Shown here: in pieces, positions 20,776-30,634 of the stretch
Layout of the letters: each line of letters opens with the position of its first letter
Numbering within the stretch: position 1 is the stretch's first letter
Source of the DNA: Psychrobacter sp. DM4
GTDB taxonomy: Bacteria; Pseudomonadota; Gammaproteobacteria; Pseudomonadales; Moraxellaceae
Direction of reading: 5' to 3'
Assembly: GCF_051307035.1 (NCBI RefSeq)
Contig: NZ_CP195536.1
Coordinates: 1,500,001 to 1,532,000, forward strand
DNA length: 32,000 nucleotides
The notes under the pieces: model-generated
Database searches by the model: none
Told to the model about the DNA's origin: nothing
The model's input: the letters and a program-made list of their open reading frames with translations, nothing else
Position numbers and translations under genes: made by a program

Positions 20776-22005
20776 TTAGGCTACAGGTTTGACATCGTCA
20801 ATCCAATTACCATAACCTTCTTCTTCCATCTTAGCTAATGGGACAAAGCGCATCGCAGCTGAGTTCATACAATAGCGTTTGCCTGTCGGTGCTGGGCCAT
20901 CATTAAATACATGACCTACGTGTGAGTCAGCATAACGACTACGGATCTCAGTACGAGTCGAAAAGAATCCTTTGTCTTCTTTTTCTACGACTAGATCAGC
21001 ATTTAAGGGACGCGTAAAGCTTGGCCAACCTGTACCAGATTTGAACTGATCTCGCGAAGAATACAAAGGCTCTCCCGATACCACATCGACATAAAGACCT
21101 GGAGCTTTGTTGTCCCAATACTCATTACTAAAAGCGCGCTCAGTACCATCTTGCTGAGTAACTTTATATTGCATCGCGTTTAATGACTTTTTGAGCTCAT
21201 CCTGACTGGGCTTAATAAAGGTTTGTGGATTGAAACCAACATTATTCATAGTCTTGGATGTCTCCATAGAGTTGTCATCTGTAGTACTAACCTCTTGCAT
21301 ACTACTGCTAGTAGGTTTAAATTGAGCAAAGTCCAGCTCGTAGTTTTTACCATAGACGCTCTCTATAAACTGATAGCGACCCGAGTTAAAGGTGTAGGCC
21401 TTATAGCGCAGTGGGTTTTTTTTGTAATAGTCTTGATGATAGTCTTCGGCAGGGTAAAAAGTGCTCGCTGGGACGATCTCGATCACTACCGGCTTTTTGT
21501 ATATTCCAGATGTTTGTAAGTCTTGCTTAGCTGCTTCAGCAATTTGTTTTTCTTGCTCGTTATTATAAAAAATAGCAGGACGGTACTGAGTACCGCGATC
21601 AACGAATTGACCTTGAGCATCAGTCGGATCTGCAATACGCCATAATGCTTGTACGATACCGTTATAAGTAATTTTGGTGGGATCATAATATACCTGCGCA
21701 GCTTCGGTGTGACCCGTTCCGCCTGCCGATACTTGACTATAAGTTGGATTGACCGTTTGACCACCGCTATAACCTGACACAACTTCTATAACACCAGGTA
21801 TCTTCTCATATCCTGCTTCTACGCACCAAAAACAACCGCCTGCAACCGTCGCGACTGCTAAGTTTGCTTCAGTGGGCGCATATGGGTTTTCAGAATTTGG
21901 GTTCTTAACTGTAGGACTACTCTCTGTAGAAGCGCAGCCTGTAACAAAGGCACTACTTGCAATAGCAATAGTGGCGATAAAACCTATTTTAGATTTATTA
22001 TTCAT
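20776..22005 (-). CDS. msrAB: Bifunctional methionine sulfoxide reductase MsrA-MsrB fusion with lipoprotein signal peptide
   Basis: 409 aa. Lipobox AFVTGC|AS. MsrA catalytic motif GGCFWC. The MsrB half carries GTGWPSF and [15 protein letters not shown] lies 6 nt upstream of the ATG. Confidence 0.9.
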   Translation of the reverse strand: MNNKSKIGFIATIAIASSAFVTGCASTESSPTVKNPNSENPYAPTEANLAVATVAGGCFWCVEAGYEKIPGVIEVVSGYSGGQTVNPTYSQVSAGGTGHTEAAQVYYDPTKITYNGIVQALWRIADPTDAQGQFVDRGTQYRPAIFYNNEQEKQIAEAAKQDLQTSGIYKKPVVIEIVPASTFYPAEDYHQDYYKKNPLRYKAYTFNSGRYQFIESVYGKNYELDFAQFKPTSSSMQEVSTTDDNSMETSKTMNNVGFNPQTFIKPSQDELKKSLNAMQYKVTQQDGTERAFSNEYWDNKAPGLYVDVVSGEPLYSSRDQFKSGTGWPSFTRPLNADLVVEKEDKGFFSTRTEIRSRYADSHVGHVFNDGPAPTGKRYCMNSAAMRFVPLAKMEEEGYGNWIDDVKPVA

Positions 22006-22210
22006 TATCGTATCCTAGAGGTTGTGTTCTGAGTTATGTTCTAGATATTGTTTGTATACTTATATAATACTTCTTACGTATCACCGTAATATACCTATTT
22101 TGTTATATATATTTAACAATCTAGAGTCACTCTGTAATTAAACTGAACAATAGTAGTCAATTTCTAGTCAAAACCTACCAAAAAGATAAAATCTAAACTT
22201 TTTAGAATTC

Positions 22211-22256
22211 AAATAAAAAAGCACACTATCCTTTAGTAATGTGCTTATTTTTGTTT
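22211..22256 (-). terminator. Probable rho-independent terminator downstream of the Fe-ADH gene
   Basis: Arms AAGCACA/TGTGCTT with a 14-nt loop. On the minus strand the hairpin is followed by ttttttattt. Weaker than the others because of the large loop. Confidence 0.5.
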
Positions 22257-22294
22257 CGTTACCACTATATTTTGCTTGTATGGCGTTTTAACGC

Positions 22295-23614
22295 TTAAGC
22301 GACTTTATCATTTTTTGAGTCATCGTCGGCAGCACGTTTTTCACTTGTTGCCTTGATTCTAGATAGAATATCTTTGATACCTGATGCTGGCATGTAAGTT
22401 GGCACCGCATAAGTGTCACTGACTTCTCTGGCAGCCGCTTTAGCGATGTCATCAAAGTCACTTTCTTTCATACCCTTGACGGTAGGATCAATACCAACTG
22501 ACTTAATTAGAGCACGGACTTGATCAATGAAGTAACTTGCCAGCTCTTTATCACTTTTACCCGCCTGCGTGCTCTCAATGATACCAATTTTTCTTGCCAG
22601 TTTGGCTAATCTTTTTTCGCTAGATTTGCGGTTTAAGTCTAGCACATACGGCAACACGATGGCATTAGCGCGGCCGTGAGGGATACTATAATGCGCGCCT
22701 AATTGGTGAGCAATAGCATGAACGTAACCAAGACCTGCCTTGTTGAATGCGATGCCGCCGTAATGAGCAGCAATACCCATCTCTTCTCTTGCTTTTAGAT
22801 CGCCGCCATCATTGTAGGCAACAGGCAAATAATGCATGACTGATTTAGTCGCAGAAGCGGCGTAGTAGTCCGTTTCGACGCTAGCATTAACGCTCATCCA
22901 CGCCTCTAACGCGTGAGTGAGAACGTCGATACCAGTATCAGCAGTAATATGCTTTGGCATACCTTTCATGATGACAGGATCAATAGCCGCTGCTAACGGT
23001 ATCATTCTAGGATCAATCGATAGAGCTTTTTGATGGGTCTCATTATCAGATACGACCGCGCCAAGTGTCGCCTCTGACCCTGTACCAGCAGTCGTTGGGA
23101 TACAGTATAGCGGCATACACGATTTTCGTGCCTTAAGGATACCGATCAGCTTTTGCGGCTTACAGTTGTTGCCTTGTGACATGGCGATCATCTTAGCGGC
23201 ATCAATGACTGAGCCTCCACCAATAGCCAAAATAGAGTCGCAGTTATTACTTATTGACTCACTCAAACCCTCTTCGACCACTGCGAACGTCGGATCAGGA
23301 GTGATGCCGTCATAGATGTGGTAGCTAACGTTATGCTTATCCAAATAATCAGTGACTTTCGACGGTACGCCAAGTTTATTCAGTACTTCATCAGTGGCGA
23401 TAAACACGTTCGTGCTGCCTTCGTTAATGATCATGTCGCACAGCTCGTAGCAAGCCTCTTCGCCGACGTAAAGTAGTGGTCTTGGGATCGGAAGCACCAT
23501 GGAGACGACTTTGAGCACCTTAGCACGAGTCTTAGCAACGGCTAAATAACCTGCGTGTTGCAAGCTGTCATTGTTCAGTAGGGTTGAGATAATGGGAAGT
23601 TTAGTTTTACTCAT
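22295..23614 (-). CDS. Iron-containing (group III) alcohol dehydrogenase
   Basis: 439 aa. Motifs AIGGGSVIDAAK, the His cluster HAIAHQLGAHYSIPHGRANA, and DVLTHALEA. Has an N-terminal extension of about 45 aa relative to typical ~385-aa members. AAGGA lies 8 nt upstream. Confidence 0.85.
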   Translation of the reverse strand: MSKTKLPIISTLLNNDSLQHAGYLAVAKTRAKVLKVVSMVLPIPRPLLYVGEEACYELCDMIINEGSTNVFIATDEVLNKLGVPSKVTDYLDKHNVSYHIYDGITPDPTFAVVEEGLSESISNNCDSILAIGGGSVIDAAKMIAMSQGNNCKPQKLIGILKARKSCMPLYCIPTTAGTGSEATLGAVVSDNETHQKALSIDPRMIPLAAAIDPVIMKGMPKHITADTGIDVLTHALEAWMSVNASVETDYYAASATKSVMHYLPVAYNDGGDLKAREEMGIAAHYGGIAFNKAGLGYVHAIAHQLGAHYSIPHGRANAIVLPYVLDLNRKSSEKRLAKLARKIGIIESTQAGKSDKELASYFIDQVRALIKSVGIDPTVKGMKESDFDDIAKAAAREVSDTYAVPTYMPASGIKDILSRIKATSEKRAADDDSKNDKVA

Positions 23615-23821
23615 AAAGAAGTCCTTTTCAGTAGAAATATAGGGGCGTTGATATAAAATTTTCTGTATTTTATCGCCAAAATAATTACGTGATGCTAATA
23701 ACGATAGGCATTTGAATAGATTTGTTGCGTATAAGTAATTGTACCATCAGGATTCTATGCGTGTGATTATTATTATGAACTAATCTGTTCTGACTGTTTT
23801 TGGTCTGAATTTTACGATAGG

Positions 23822-25507
23822 TCATGCCATACTCGCCTGTAGCAGCTGTTTGGCATAGGAGTGCTGCGGATGATTAAACAGAGTTTCAGTCGCCCCTGAC
23901 TCAATACACTTACCGTCTTTGAGTACCATAATATGCTGGCACAAGGCTCGTACGACCTTTAGATCATGACTGATAAACACGTAGCTAATATTAAGCTTGG
24001 CCTGAATCTCACGCAGCAGATTGACTACGGTCACCTGCGTCGTACTATCAAGTGCTGAGGTTGGCTCATCTAGTATCAGCAGTTGCGGCTGCATGACGAG
24101 CGCCCTTGCTAGTGCTACTCGTTGACGCTGACCACCAGAGAGCTCATGCGGATAGCGATGAACAAATTCGCTTGGCAGATGTACCGTTGCCAGACTCTCT
24201 ATGACCGCTTGCTGGCGTACCCTCTTTATAACCCCTTGTACCAGTAATCCCTCTTCGATAATTTGCATGACGGTCATACGCGGGTTGATACTAGCAAAGG
24301 GATCTTGAAAGACCATCTGAATCTGCGCGCGGAACTGGCGCAGCTCGCTCTTTGATAGCTTCGTTATATCTTGACCGCCGATATTGATCTGTCCACTAAC
24401 CTTTGCTTGATTACTAAGTAGTCTACTTAACGCAAGCGCTGTCGTCGTCTTACCAGAACCTGATTCACCGACTATACCTATAGCCTCGCCCGTTTTTAGT
24501 GTCATGTCTAGATTATTTACCGCATCAAACCAGCGTTTGGTACCACCGAACAGGCTTTTTTCTATAGGGAATTGCACACCTAATTGCTCAACGTCTAGCA
24601 CTTTGACATCACTATCATTGCTCTTAGATATACTGAGCGCATGACCAAAGTCTTGTGCCATAAGTGTGCGCGTATAGTCCGCTTTTGGTTGAGCAAAGAT
24701 ATCTGAGGTTTTGCCCTGCTCTATCGTCTGACCCTGACGCATAACAATAATCTTATCGCTATAGCGCTTCACTAAATTAAGGTCATGGCTGATCAATATC
24801 ATCGCCATGTTGTGCTCAAGCTTGAGCGCATTTAAGAGTGCTAATATCTCGTGTTGCAAAGTCACATCAAGTGCTGTCGTTGGCTCATCGGCGATCAAAA
24901 TATCAGGCTGCTGCGCAAGCGCCATCGCTATCATTACCCGCTGACGTTGACCACCCGAGAGCTCGTGTGGATAGCGATTTAATTTATCTTCAGGATCTGT
25001 GATATTAACGTCGTTTAACAGTGCAATGCTACGTGCGCGCCATTGCTTTTTGGGTACGCCAACCAAGCGTAGCGATTCAGCGATTTGCTTGGCGACCGTA
25101 TGTAGCGGATTGAGCGCGGTCATTGGTTCTTGAAATATCATACCGATACGCTGACCGCGAACGTGTTTAAGGGACTGATTACGCAACTTGCTATTAGCTA
25201 TTGGCAGGCTATTGGTTGTTGGTTGAACAGTCATACTTGACGCGTCAGCCAATTGTGCCTCCCCGCTTACTATCAAGCTATCAGGTAGTAATCCAAGCAG
25301 CGCCAGACTGGCGATAGACTTACCAGAGCCCGACTCTCCTACGATGGCCAGCGTTTCACCTTGGCGCAGCTGATAGCTGAGATTGTCCACAAGCGCTATA
25401 CGGGTATCAGTCACGATAGATAGGTCATTAACCCTGAGCATAACTTTTGCACGCTTATCAGTCTGCTCTATTGGTGCGGACGTCTTTTTTTGAATGGGTA
25501 TCGTCAT
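23822..25507 (-). CDS. yejF: ABC transporter ATP-binding protein with two fused ATPase domains (YejF-type)
   Basis: ORF 23822..25549. Two Walker A motifs (GESGSGKS, GESGSGKT) and two signatures (LSGGQRQR x2). I place the start at ATG 25507 (MTIPIQKK...), 1 nt after the yejE stop, rather than 25549. Confidence 0.85.
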   Translation of the reverse strand: MTIPIQKKTSAPIEQTDKRAKVMLRVNDLSIVTDTRIALVDNLSYQLRQGETLAIVGESGSGKSIASLALLGLLPDSLIVSGEAQLADASSMTVQPTTNSLPIANSKLRNQSLKHVRGQRIGMIFQEPMTALNPLHTVAKQIAESLRLVGVPKKQWRARSIALLNDVNITDPEDKLNRYPHELSGGQRQRVMIAMALAQQPDILIADEPTTALDVTLQHEILALLNALKLEHNMAMILISHDLNLVKRYSDKIIVMRQGQTIEQGKTSDIFAQPKADYTRTLMAQDFGHALSISKSNDSDVKVLDVEQLGVQFPIEKSLFGGTKRWFDAVNNLDMTLKTGEAIGIVGESGSGKTTTALALSRLLSNQAKVSGQINIGGQDITKLSKSELRQFRAQIQMVFQDPFASINPRMTVMQIIEEGLLVQGVIKRVRQQAVIESLATVHLPSEFVHRYPHELSGGQRQRVALARALVMQPQLLILDEPTSALDSTTQVTVVNLLREIQAKLNISYVFISHDLKVVRALCQHIMVLKDGKCIESGATETLFNHPQHSYAKQLLQASMA

Positions 25508-25508
25508 A

Positions 25509-26576
25509 TTATGAGCGCCTCGGATCGAACGCATCTCGTAGCGCCTCACCTATGAAAATCAGTAGCGATAAGATAAAGGTTAAGCTAAAGAATCCTGATA
25601 ACGCAAGCCAAGGCGCATCGAGGTTATTTTTGCCCTGTACCATCAGCTCACCTAGAGATGGCGAGCCAGGCGGCAGACCATAACCCAAAAAGTCTAAGGC
25701 GGTGAGCGCAATGATGTTAGCCGTTAATATAAAAGGCAGCTGCGATAGACTAGACGCCAATGCATTAGGCAAGATATGCTTGAGCATAATCTGTGTGTCA
25801 GACACACCAAGGTTGCGCGCGGCACGTACATAATCGAAGTTGCGGGCGCGCAAAAATTCAGCGCGCACCAGTCCCACTAGTCCCATCCAACCAAATAGCA
25901 GCATGAGTCCGAACAATATCGTAATACTAGGGCTAAATAAGCTGACTAAAATAATAATCATAAACAGCTGCGGCATCCCGCCCCAGACTTCCATAAACCG
26001 CTGACCTGCCAAATCCACCCAGCCGCCATAATAGCCTTGAATAGCGCCAACGATGATACCGATAAGCGCGCCAGCTAGAGTCAATGCCAAGCCAAACAAG
26101 AGTGACACGCGCATGCCGTAAAGGATACGAGCCAATACATCGCGTCCTTGGTCGTCGGTACCGAGCCAGTTTTGACTATTGGGCGGCGCAGGATATGGCA
26201 GCCCCAATTCTACGTTTGGCGTTTGATCGGCGAACGCAATAGGCGGCATGATAAAGTAGCCTTTAGCCTCTATCAATTCTTGTACCGCAGGGTCTTTGTA
26301 GTTGGCTTCGGTCTCAAATATTCCACCAAAAGCCGTCTCAGGATAGGCTTTGAGTACAGGTACATAATAATCACCGTCATAATGCACAATCAAAGGCTTA
26401 TCATTTGCAATCACATTGACCGCCATACAGATGACGAAAACAATAGTAAAGATAACAAGAGAGATAACGCCGAGACGATTATGACGAAAACGATCTAGCC
26501 GCGCTTGCCAAACTGGGTTTAAACGGCTTTTTTTTGATGAGGATAAAGGCTTAGCGATAGAATTCTGACTTGACAT
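25509..26576 (-). CDS. yejE: ABC transporter permease (YejE-type, DppC/OppC family)
   Basis: 355 aa, polytopic, with the permease loop YVRAARNLGVSDTQIMLKHILPNA. Its ATG overlaps the yejB stop (TAATG). Confidence 0.85.
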   Translation of the reverse strand: MSSQNSIAKPLSSSKKSRLNPVWQARLDRFRHNRLGVISLVIFTIVFVICMAVNVIANDKPLIVHYDGDYYVPVLKAYPETAFGGIFETEANYKDPAVQELIEAKGYFIMPPIAFADQTPNVELGLPYPAPPNSQNWLGTDDQGRDVLARILYGMRVSLLFGLALTLAGALIGIIVGAIQGYYGGWVDLAGQRFMEVWGGMPQLFMIIILVSLFSPSITILFGLMLLFGWMGLVGLVRAEFLRARNFDYVRAARNLGVSDTQIMLKHILPNALASSLSQLPFILTANIIALTALDFLGYGLPPGSPSLGELMVQGKNNLDAPWLALSGFFSLTFILSLLIFIGEALRDAFDPRRS

Positions 26577-27643
26577 TAGCGCCCCTCAAAATCAATGCGA
26601 GGATCAATCAGATGATAGCTGATATCACTGATAAGTTGTAATAGCAGACCGACTAGCGTAAAGATAAATAATGTACCGAAAATGACAGGATAATCACGCT
26701 GCTGAATGGCTTCAAAGCCGAGCAAACCTAAACCGTCAAGCTTAAAGATAATCTCAATCAAAAAATTACCCGCAAAAAATATACCGACGATAGCCGCTGG
26801 AATGCCCGCAATAATAATTAGCATGGCATTACGAAAGACATGACCGTAGAGCACTCGGCGCTCGCCCAAACCTTTGGCACGCGCGGTTAATACGTACTGC
26901 TTGCCCAGCTCTTCTAAAAAGCTAAATTTGGTCAAATAAGTTAAACCCGCGAAGCCGCCTACTGTGCTCGCGAGCAGCGGCAGAGCCAAATGCCAAAAGT
27001 AATCCTTGATTTTGCCGAGTGTCGATAATTGATCAAAATTCTCAGAAGTTAGCCCTTGTAGTGGAAACAGATTCCAATAACTGCCGCCTGCGAAGAATAC
27101 TAATAAGATAACGGCGAATACAAATACCGGTATGGCATGTCCGATCGCAAGGAGCATCGCAGTTGCCTTGTCCACTGCTGAACCATGATGCATCGCCTTA
27201 TAGACGCCCAGTGGAATAGCAATCATATAAATGAGTAGCGTACTCCAAAGCCCAAGGGATATGGAAACAGGCAGCTTTTCGATAATTAAATCTGTTACGG
27301 TCTGCCCCTTAAAGAACGACTCACCAAAATCTAACTGCGCATAACTCTTGAGCATAAGCCAAAAGCGCTCTGGTGCAGACTTATCAAAGCCGTATTGGGC
27401 ATTGATCGCGGCAACCATATCTTCAGAGAGTCCGCGTGTGCCTTGATAAGTGCTGTTGCTCCCTGAACTACCCGCGCCTACGCCACCATTTATAGCGCTA
27501 TCTTTTGCGCCTTGTTCGATGAGTGCCAACTGCTGCTCGACAGGACCACCCGGGGCGGCTTGCACAATGACAAAATTGGCAAGCAAAATTAAGAATAGCG
27601 TCGGCAGTATCAACAGTAGTCTTTTTAAGATATAACGACCCAT
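26576..27643 (-). CDS. yejB: ABC transporter permease (YejB-type, DppB/OppB family)
   Basis: 355 aa. Near-collinear with E. coli YejB as I recall it: N-terminus MGRYILKRLLLILPTL...VQAAPGGPVEQ, TARAKGLGERRVLYGHVFRNA, and C-terminus DPRIDFEGR. Confidence 0.88.
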   Translation of the reverse strand: MGRYILKRLLLILPTLFLILLANFVIVQAAPGGPVEQQLALIEQGAKDSAINGGVGAGSSGSNSTYQGTRGLSEDMVAAINAQYGFDKSAPERFWLMLKSYAQLDFGESFFKGQTVTDLIIEKLPVSISLGLWSTLLIYMIAIPLGVYKAMHHGSAVDKATAMLLAIGHAIPVFVFAVILLVFFAGGSYWNLFPLQGLTSENFDQLSTLGKIKDYFWHLALPLLASTVGGFAGLTYLTKFSFLEELGKQYVLTARAKGLGERRVLYGHVFRNAMLIIIAGIPAAIVGIFFAGNFLIEIIFKLDGLGLLGFEAIQQRDYPVIFGTLFIFTLVGLLLQLISDISYHLIDPRIDFEGR

Positions 27644-27718
27644 AGCGACGATTTCCTAAGTACACAAGGCGTTCAAAGAGTAATTCAGTAGATAGTGAGA
27701 GCAAAAAAACTCAAACGT

Positions 27719-28498
27719 TTAAAAATCATTTTTGAGCTCACGTAACGCAGCAAATACGGTTAATGGTTTGTCATCTTCAAGGTTTCTTTGAGCGCTTACG
27801 CCTGTGACAACGCTTGGCTCACTGGCACGCATAAACACATTGATAGTGCGCTCATGTTCTAAAGTAACGGGCAGTGTAGGTATGCCCTGCGCAGTTAGCT
27901 CTTCGGCTCGTGCGAGGGCCGTTATCATCGCTTCGTTATCAGGCTCTATGCTAAGCCCAAAGCGCAAGTTATTGGCAGTGTACTCGTGCGCCGGATAGAG
28001 CAAAGTATCAGCAGGCAGCTCATTTAGACGTTTCAAGCTCTCATATAGCTCCTCTATAGTGCCAGTGAATACGCGACCACAGCCGCCACTAAAGAGGGTA
28101 TCTCCGCAAAAAGCGTGTTTTTGTCCATCGATGTCTAAGATATAAGCGATATGAGTTTCGGTATGTCCTGGGATGTCCCATATTTGCGCAGAGTGCCCCC
28201 AAGCGCTGACCGAGCTGCCGTCTTTTACCGTTTGATCTTCTTCAACGCCATGCTCACTATGCGCGACAATATGAGTCATTGGAAAATGCTCTTGTAACTC
28301 CATGACCCCGCCGACATGATCATAGTGATGATGGGTCGTCCAGATTGAGGTCATCTCTAAATCATGCTCTTTCATATATTCGGCGACTGGCGCTGACTGA
28401 CCCGGATCGATGACTATCGCCTGTTTATTGTTCTTATTGATCAGCGTCCAGATATAATTATCAGTAAAGGCTTTGATCGGATGAATTTGAATACTCAT
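27719..28498 (-). CDS. gloB: Hydroxyacylglutathione hydrolase (glyoxalase II, MBL fold)
   Basis: 259 aa. Motifs FTDNYIW, THHHYDHVGG, CGDTLFSGGCGR, AHEYTANNL, ERTINVFMR and C-terminal LRELKNDF, collinear with E. coli GloB as I remember it. Confidence 0.9.
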   Translation of the reverse strand: MSIQIHPIKAFTDNYIWTLINKNNKQAIVIDPGQSAPVAEYMKEHDLEMTSIWTTHHHYDHVGGVMELQEHFPMTHIVAHSEHGVEEDQTVKDGSSVSAWGHSAQIWDIPGHTETHIAYILDIDGQKHAFCGDTLFSGGCGRVFTGTIEELYESLKRLNELPADTLLYPAHEYTANNLRFGLSIEPDNEAMITALARAEELTAQGIPTLPVTLEHERTINVFMRASEPSVVTGVSAQRNLEDDKPLTVFAALRELKNDF

Positions 28499-28580
28499 GG
28501 TAAATCCTTACTAGAAGTTATTTTCGTTTATTGTCTTGTACTGACTGATACAATCTTTATGTTTTTTATACCTTCAAAAA

Positions 28581-30425
28581 CTATTGACCCAAATACTTAT
28601 TGACACGCTGCTCATTCTCGCCATCCACCCACCAGTAATCAATACCTACTGCGTTGGTTGGCAAAGTAGCATGACGATACTGATCCCAGTAAGCCACATT
28701 AGTCTCAGACTTACCATACAAGGGTACTAGATAATGACCGGCACGCAACAAGCGATCGAGTACTTGTGTGTACAAGATGATCTCATCACGGCTCTTAGCC
28801 GCGATTAAGGACTCAACCACACTATCAATAGCAGCGTTTTTGATACCGATCGTATTGTGATTACCAGGCTCGTCCGCGGCAGCACTACCCCAAAAGGCGG
28901 CTTGTTCGGCGCCAGGTGATAGACTCTGCGCGAATACATCAACGGTCATATCATAATCATAGCTACGGGTGCGTTCGAAATACTGCGGGCCATCAACTTG
29001 ACGCAGTGTGGCGTCAAATCCCAAACGCTCAAGGTTTCGGATATAAGGCAATAACACCCGTCCCATGGTCTCACCCGTCATCAGAATTTCAATTTGCGCA
29101 GGCATGCCGTTAGGCTGATAGAGTTTCATATCGTCATAATAAAATCCAGCGTTGAGTAACAACTGCCGAGCTTTTAATAAAGCCTGGCGATTAAAGCCTT
29201 TGCCATCGCTCGTCTCTACCTGCCAATCCTCTAGCGCGCCTCGTCTGTGAATGGGATCAAGCGCGTCTAATAGTGGCGCTAATACTTGTTTCTCTAGATC
29301 TGAAGGCGCGCCAGTTGCTGCCAGCTCTGAGCCATGATAAAAGCTTTGCAAACGTTCATACTGATTATGGAACAAAGTCTTGTTCATCCATTCAAAATCA
29401 TAGGCCAAGCTTAGCGCTTGGCGTACGCGGATGTCTTGAAACAAGGGGCGACGCAAGTTCATAATCAGTCCCTGCATCGGTACTGGGTTTTGACTGGTTA
29501 TTGATTCTTTTTTTATCACGCCCGCTTTTACCGCAGGGAAATTATAGCCCGTCGCCCAGTTTGAGGCTTTATTTTCAGGACGAAAGCGGTATTGGCCTGA
29601 TTTAAAACCTTCAAAGGCAATCTCATCGCTTTGATAATAAACAAACTTAATCCTATCAAAATTATAACGACCACGATTGACCATAATATCGCGTCCCCAA
29701 TAGTTGGGGTCACGCACGTAACTAACTGAGCGCCCAGCGTCTACGCGCCCAAGCTTATAGGGGCCACTACCTATGAGCGGCGTGAGACTAATGCTCTCAA
29801 AATCTGTGTCGACGGAGGACTTTTTAAAGATTGGGAATTGCCCGACAGTGAGTAGAATCTCTTTATTATCCGCATTATTAAAGACAAATTTAACTTGATG
29901 CTCATCGATAATCTGCACCTCTTTTATATCGCTTAAATAACTGCGAATATACATCGGCCCTTTAGTCAATATCGCATCATAGGTTGCTTTGACGTCCGTA
30001 CTGGTCACAGGCGATCCATCCCAAAAGTGCGCCTTTGAATTGAGATGATAAACAATCCAGCTAGCATCATCAGGATCGTAGGTGACTTTGGTTGCTAGCT
30101 GCGGATACATGGTAAAGGCTTCATTGAGTGAGCCTGTCATCAGAGTATCATATAGATAGTCAGTGCCAACCATCGCCACCCCAGTCGTCATCCATTTATT
30201 GGCACTATTAAACGTACCGCGCGCATCAAGCGATAGCGTGCCGCCCGTTGGTGCATCAGGATTGGCATAGGGCATAAAAGGCGCGTCAATATACTCAGCA
30301 GTGCTATTATGCCCAAGTGCTTGAGTCGTGACGGGCACCGCAATACTACTCGGTATCCAGCAGATCACAGCGCCTATAATGGAACTTAGTAAGGCAGTTT
30401 GTACGGTGGCTTTTTTTATCATCAT
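28581..30425 (-). CDS. yejA: ABC transporter periplasmic substrate-binding protein, family 5 (YejA-type)
   Basis: 614 aa with an N-terminal signal sequence. The size and family-5 SBP character, plus its position next to yejB/E/F-type genes, support the call. Confidence 0.8.
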   Translation of the reverse strand: MMIKKATVQTALLSSIIGAVICWIPSSIAVPVTTQALGHNSTAEYIDAPFMPYANPDAPTGGTLSLDARGTFNSANKWMTTGVAMVGTDYLYDTLMTGSLNEAFTMYPQLATKVTYDPDDASWIVYHLNSKAHFWDGSPVTSTDVKATYDAILTKGPMYIRSYLSDIKEVQIIDEHQVKFVFNNADNKEILLTVGQFPIFKKSSVDTDFESISLTPLIGSGPYKLGRVDAGRSVSYVRDPNYWGRDIMVNRGRYNFDRIKFVYYQSDEIAFEGFKSGQYRFRPENKASNWATGYNFPAVKAGVIKKESITSQNPVPMQGLIMNLRRPLFQDIRVRQALSLAYDFEWMNKTLFHNQYERLQSFYHGSELAATGAPSDLEKQVLAPLLDALDPIHRRGALEDWQVETSDGKGFNRQALLKARQLLLNAGFYYDDMKLYQPNGMPAQIEILMTGETMGRVLLPYIRNLERLGFDATLRQVDGPQYFERTRSYDYDMTVDVFAQSLSPGAEQAAFWGSAAADEPGNHNTIGIKNAAIDSVVESLIAAKSRDEIILYTQVLDRLLRAGHYLVPLYGKSETNVAYWDQYRHATLPTNAVGIDYWWVDGENEQRVNKYLGQ

Positions 30426-30582
30426 AAAGACTAGAACAACTCAATTAATTCGGTAGCTCATCAAAAACTATTATCAGTTTAGGCAAGCTGTAAAATTTAA
30501 TCATAACAAACTTAGCTTTTTTAACCTAATGATTTGCAAGAGTGCCTGCGTTAAAACGACGCCCTATTAAAAAAATCACCAC

Positions 30583-30616
30583 AAAAAACGCAGCCTATAT
30601 TAGGCTGCGTTTTTTG
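30583..30616. terminator. Rho-independent terminator downstream of serC (symmetric, potentially bidirectional)
   Basis: aaaaaaCGCAGCCTAtatTAGGCTGCGtttttt, 20 nt after the serC stop. Confidence 0.85.
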
Positions 30617-30634
30617 TATTAAGTATCCAGTTCA

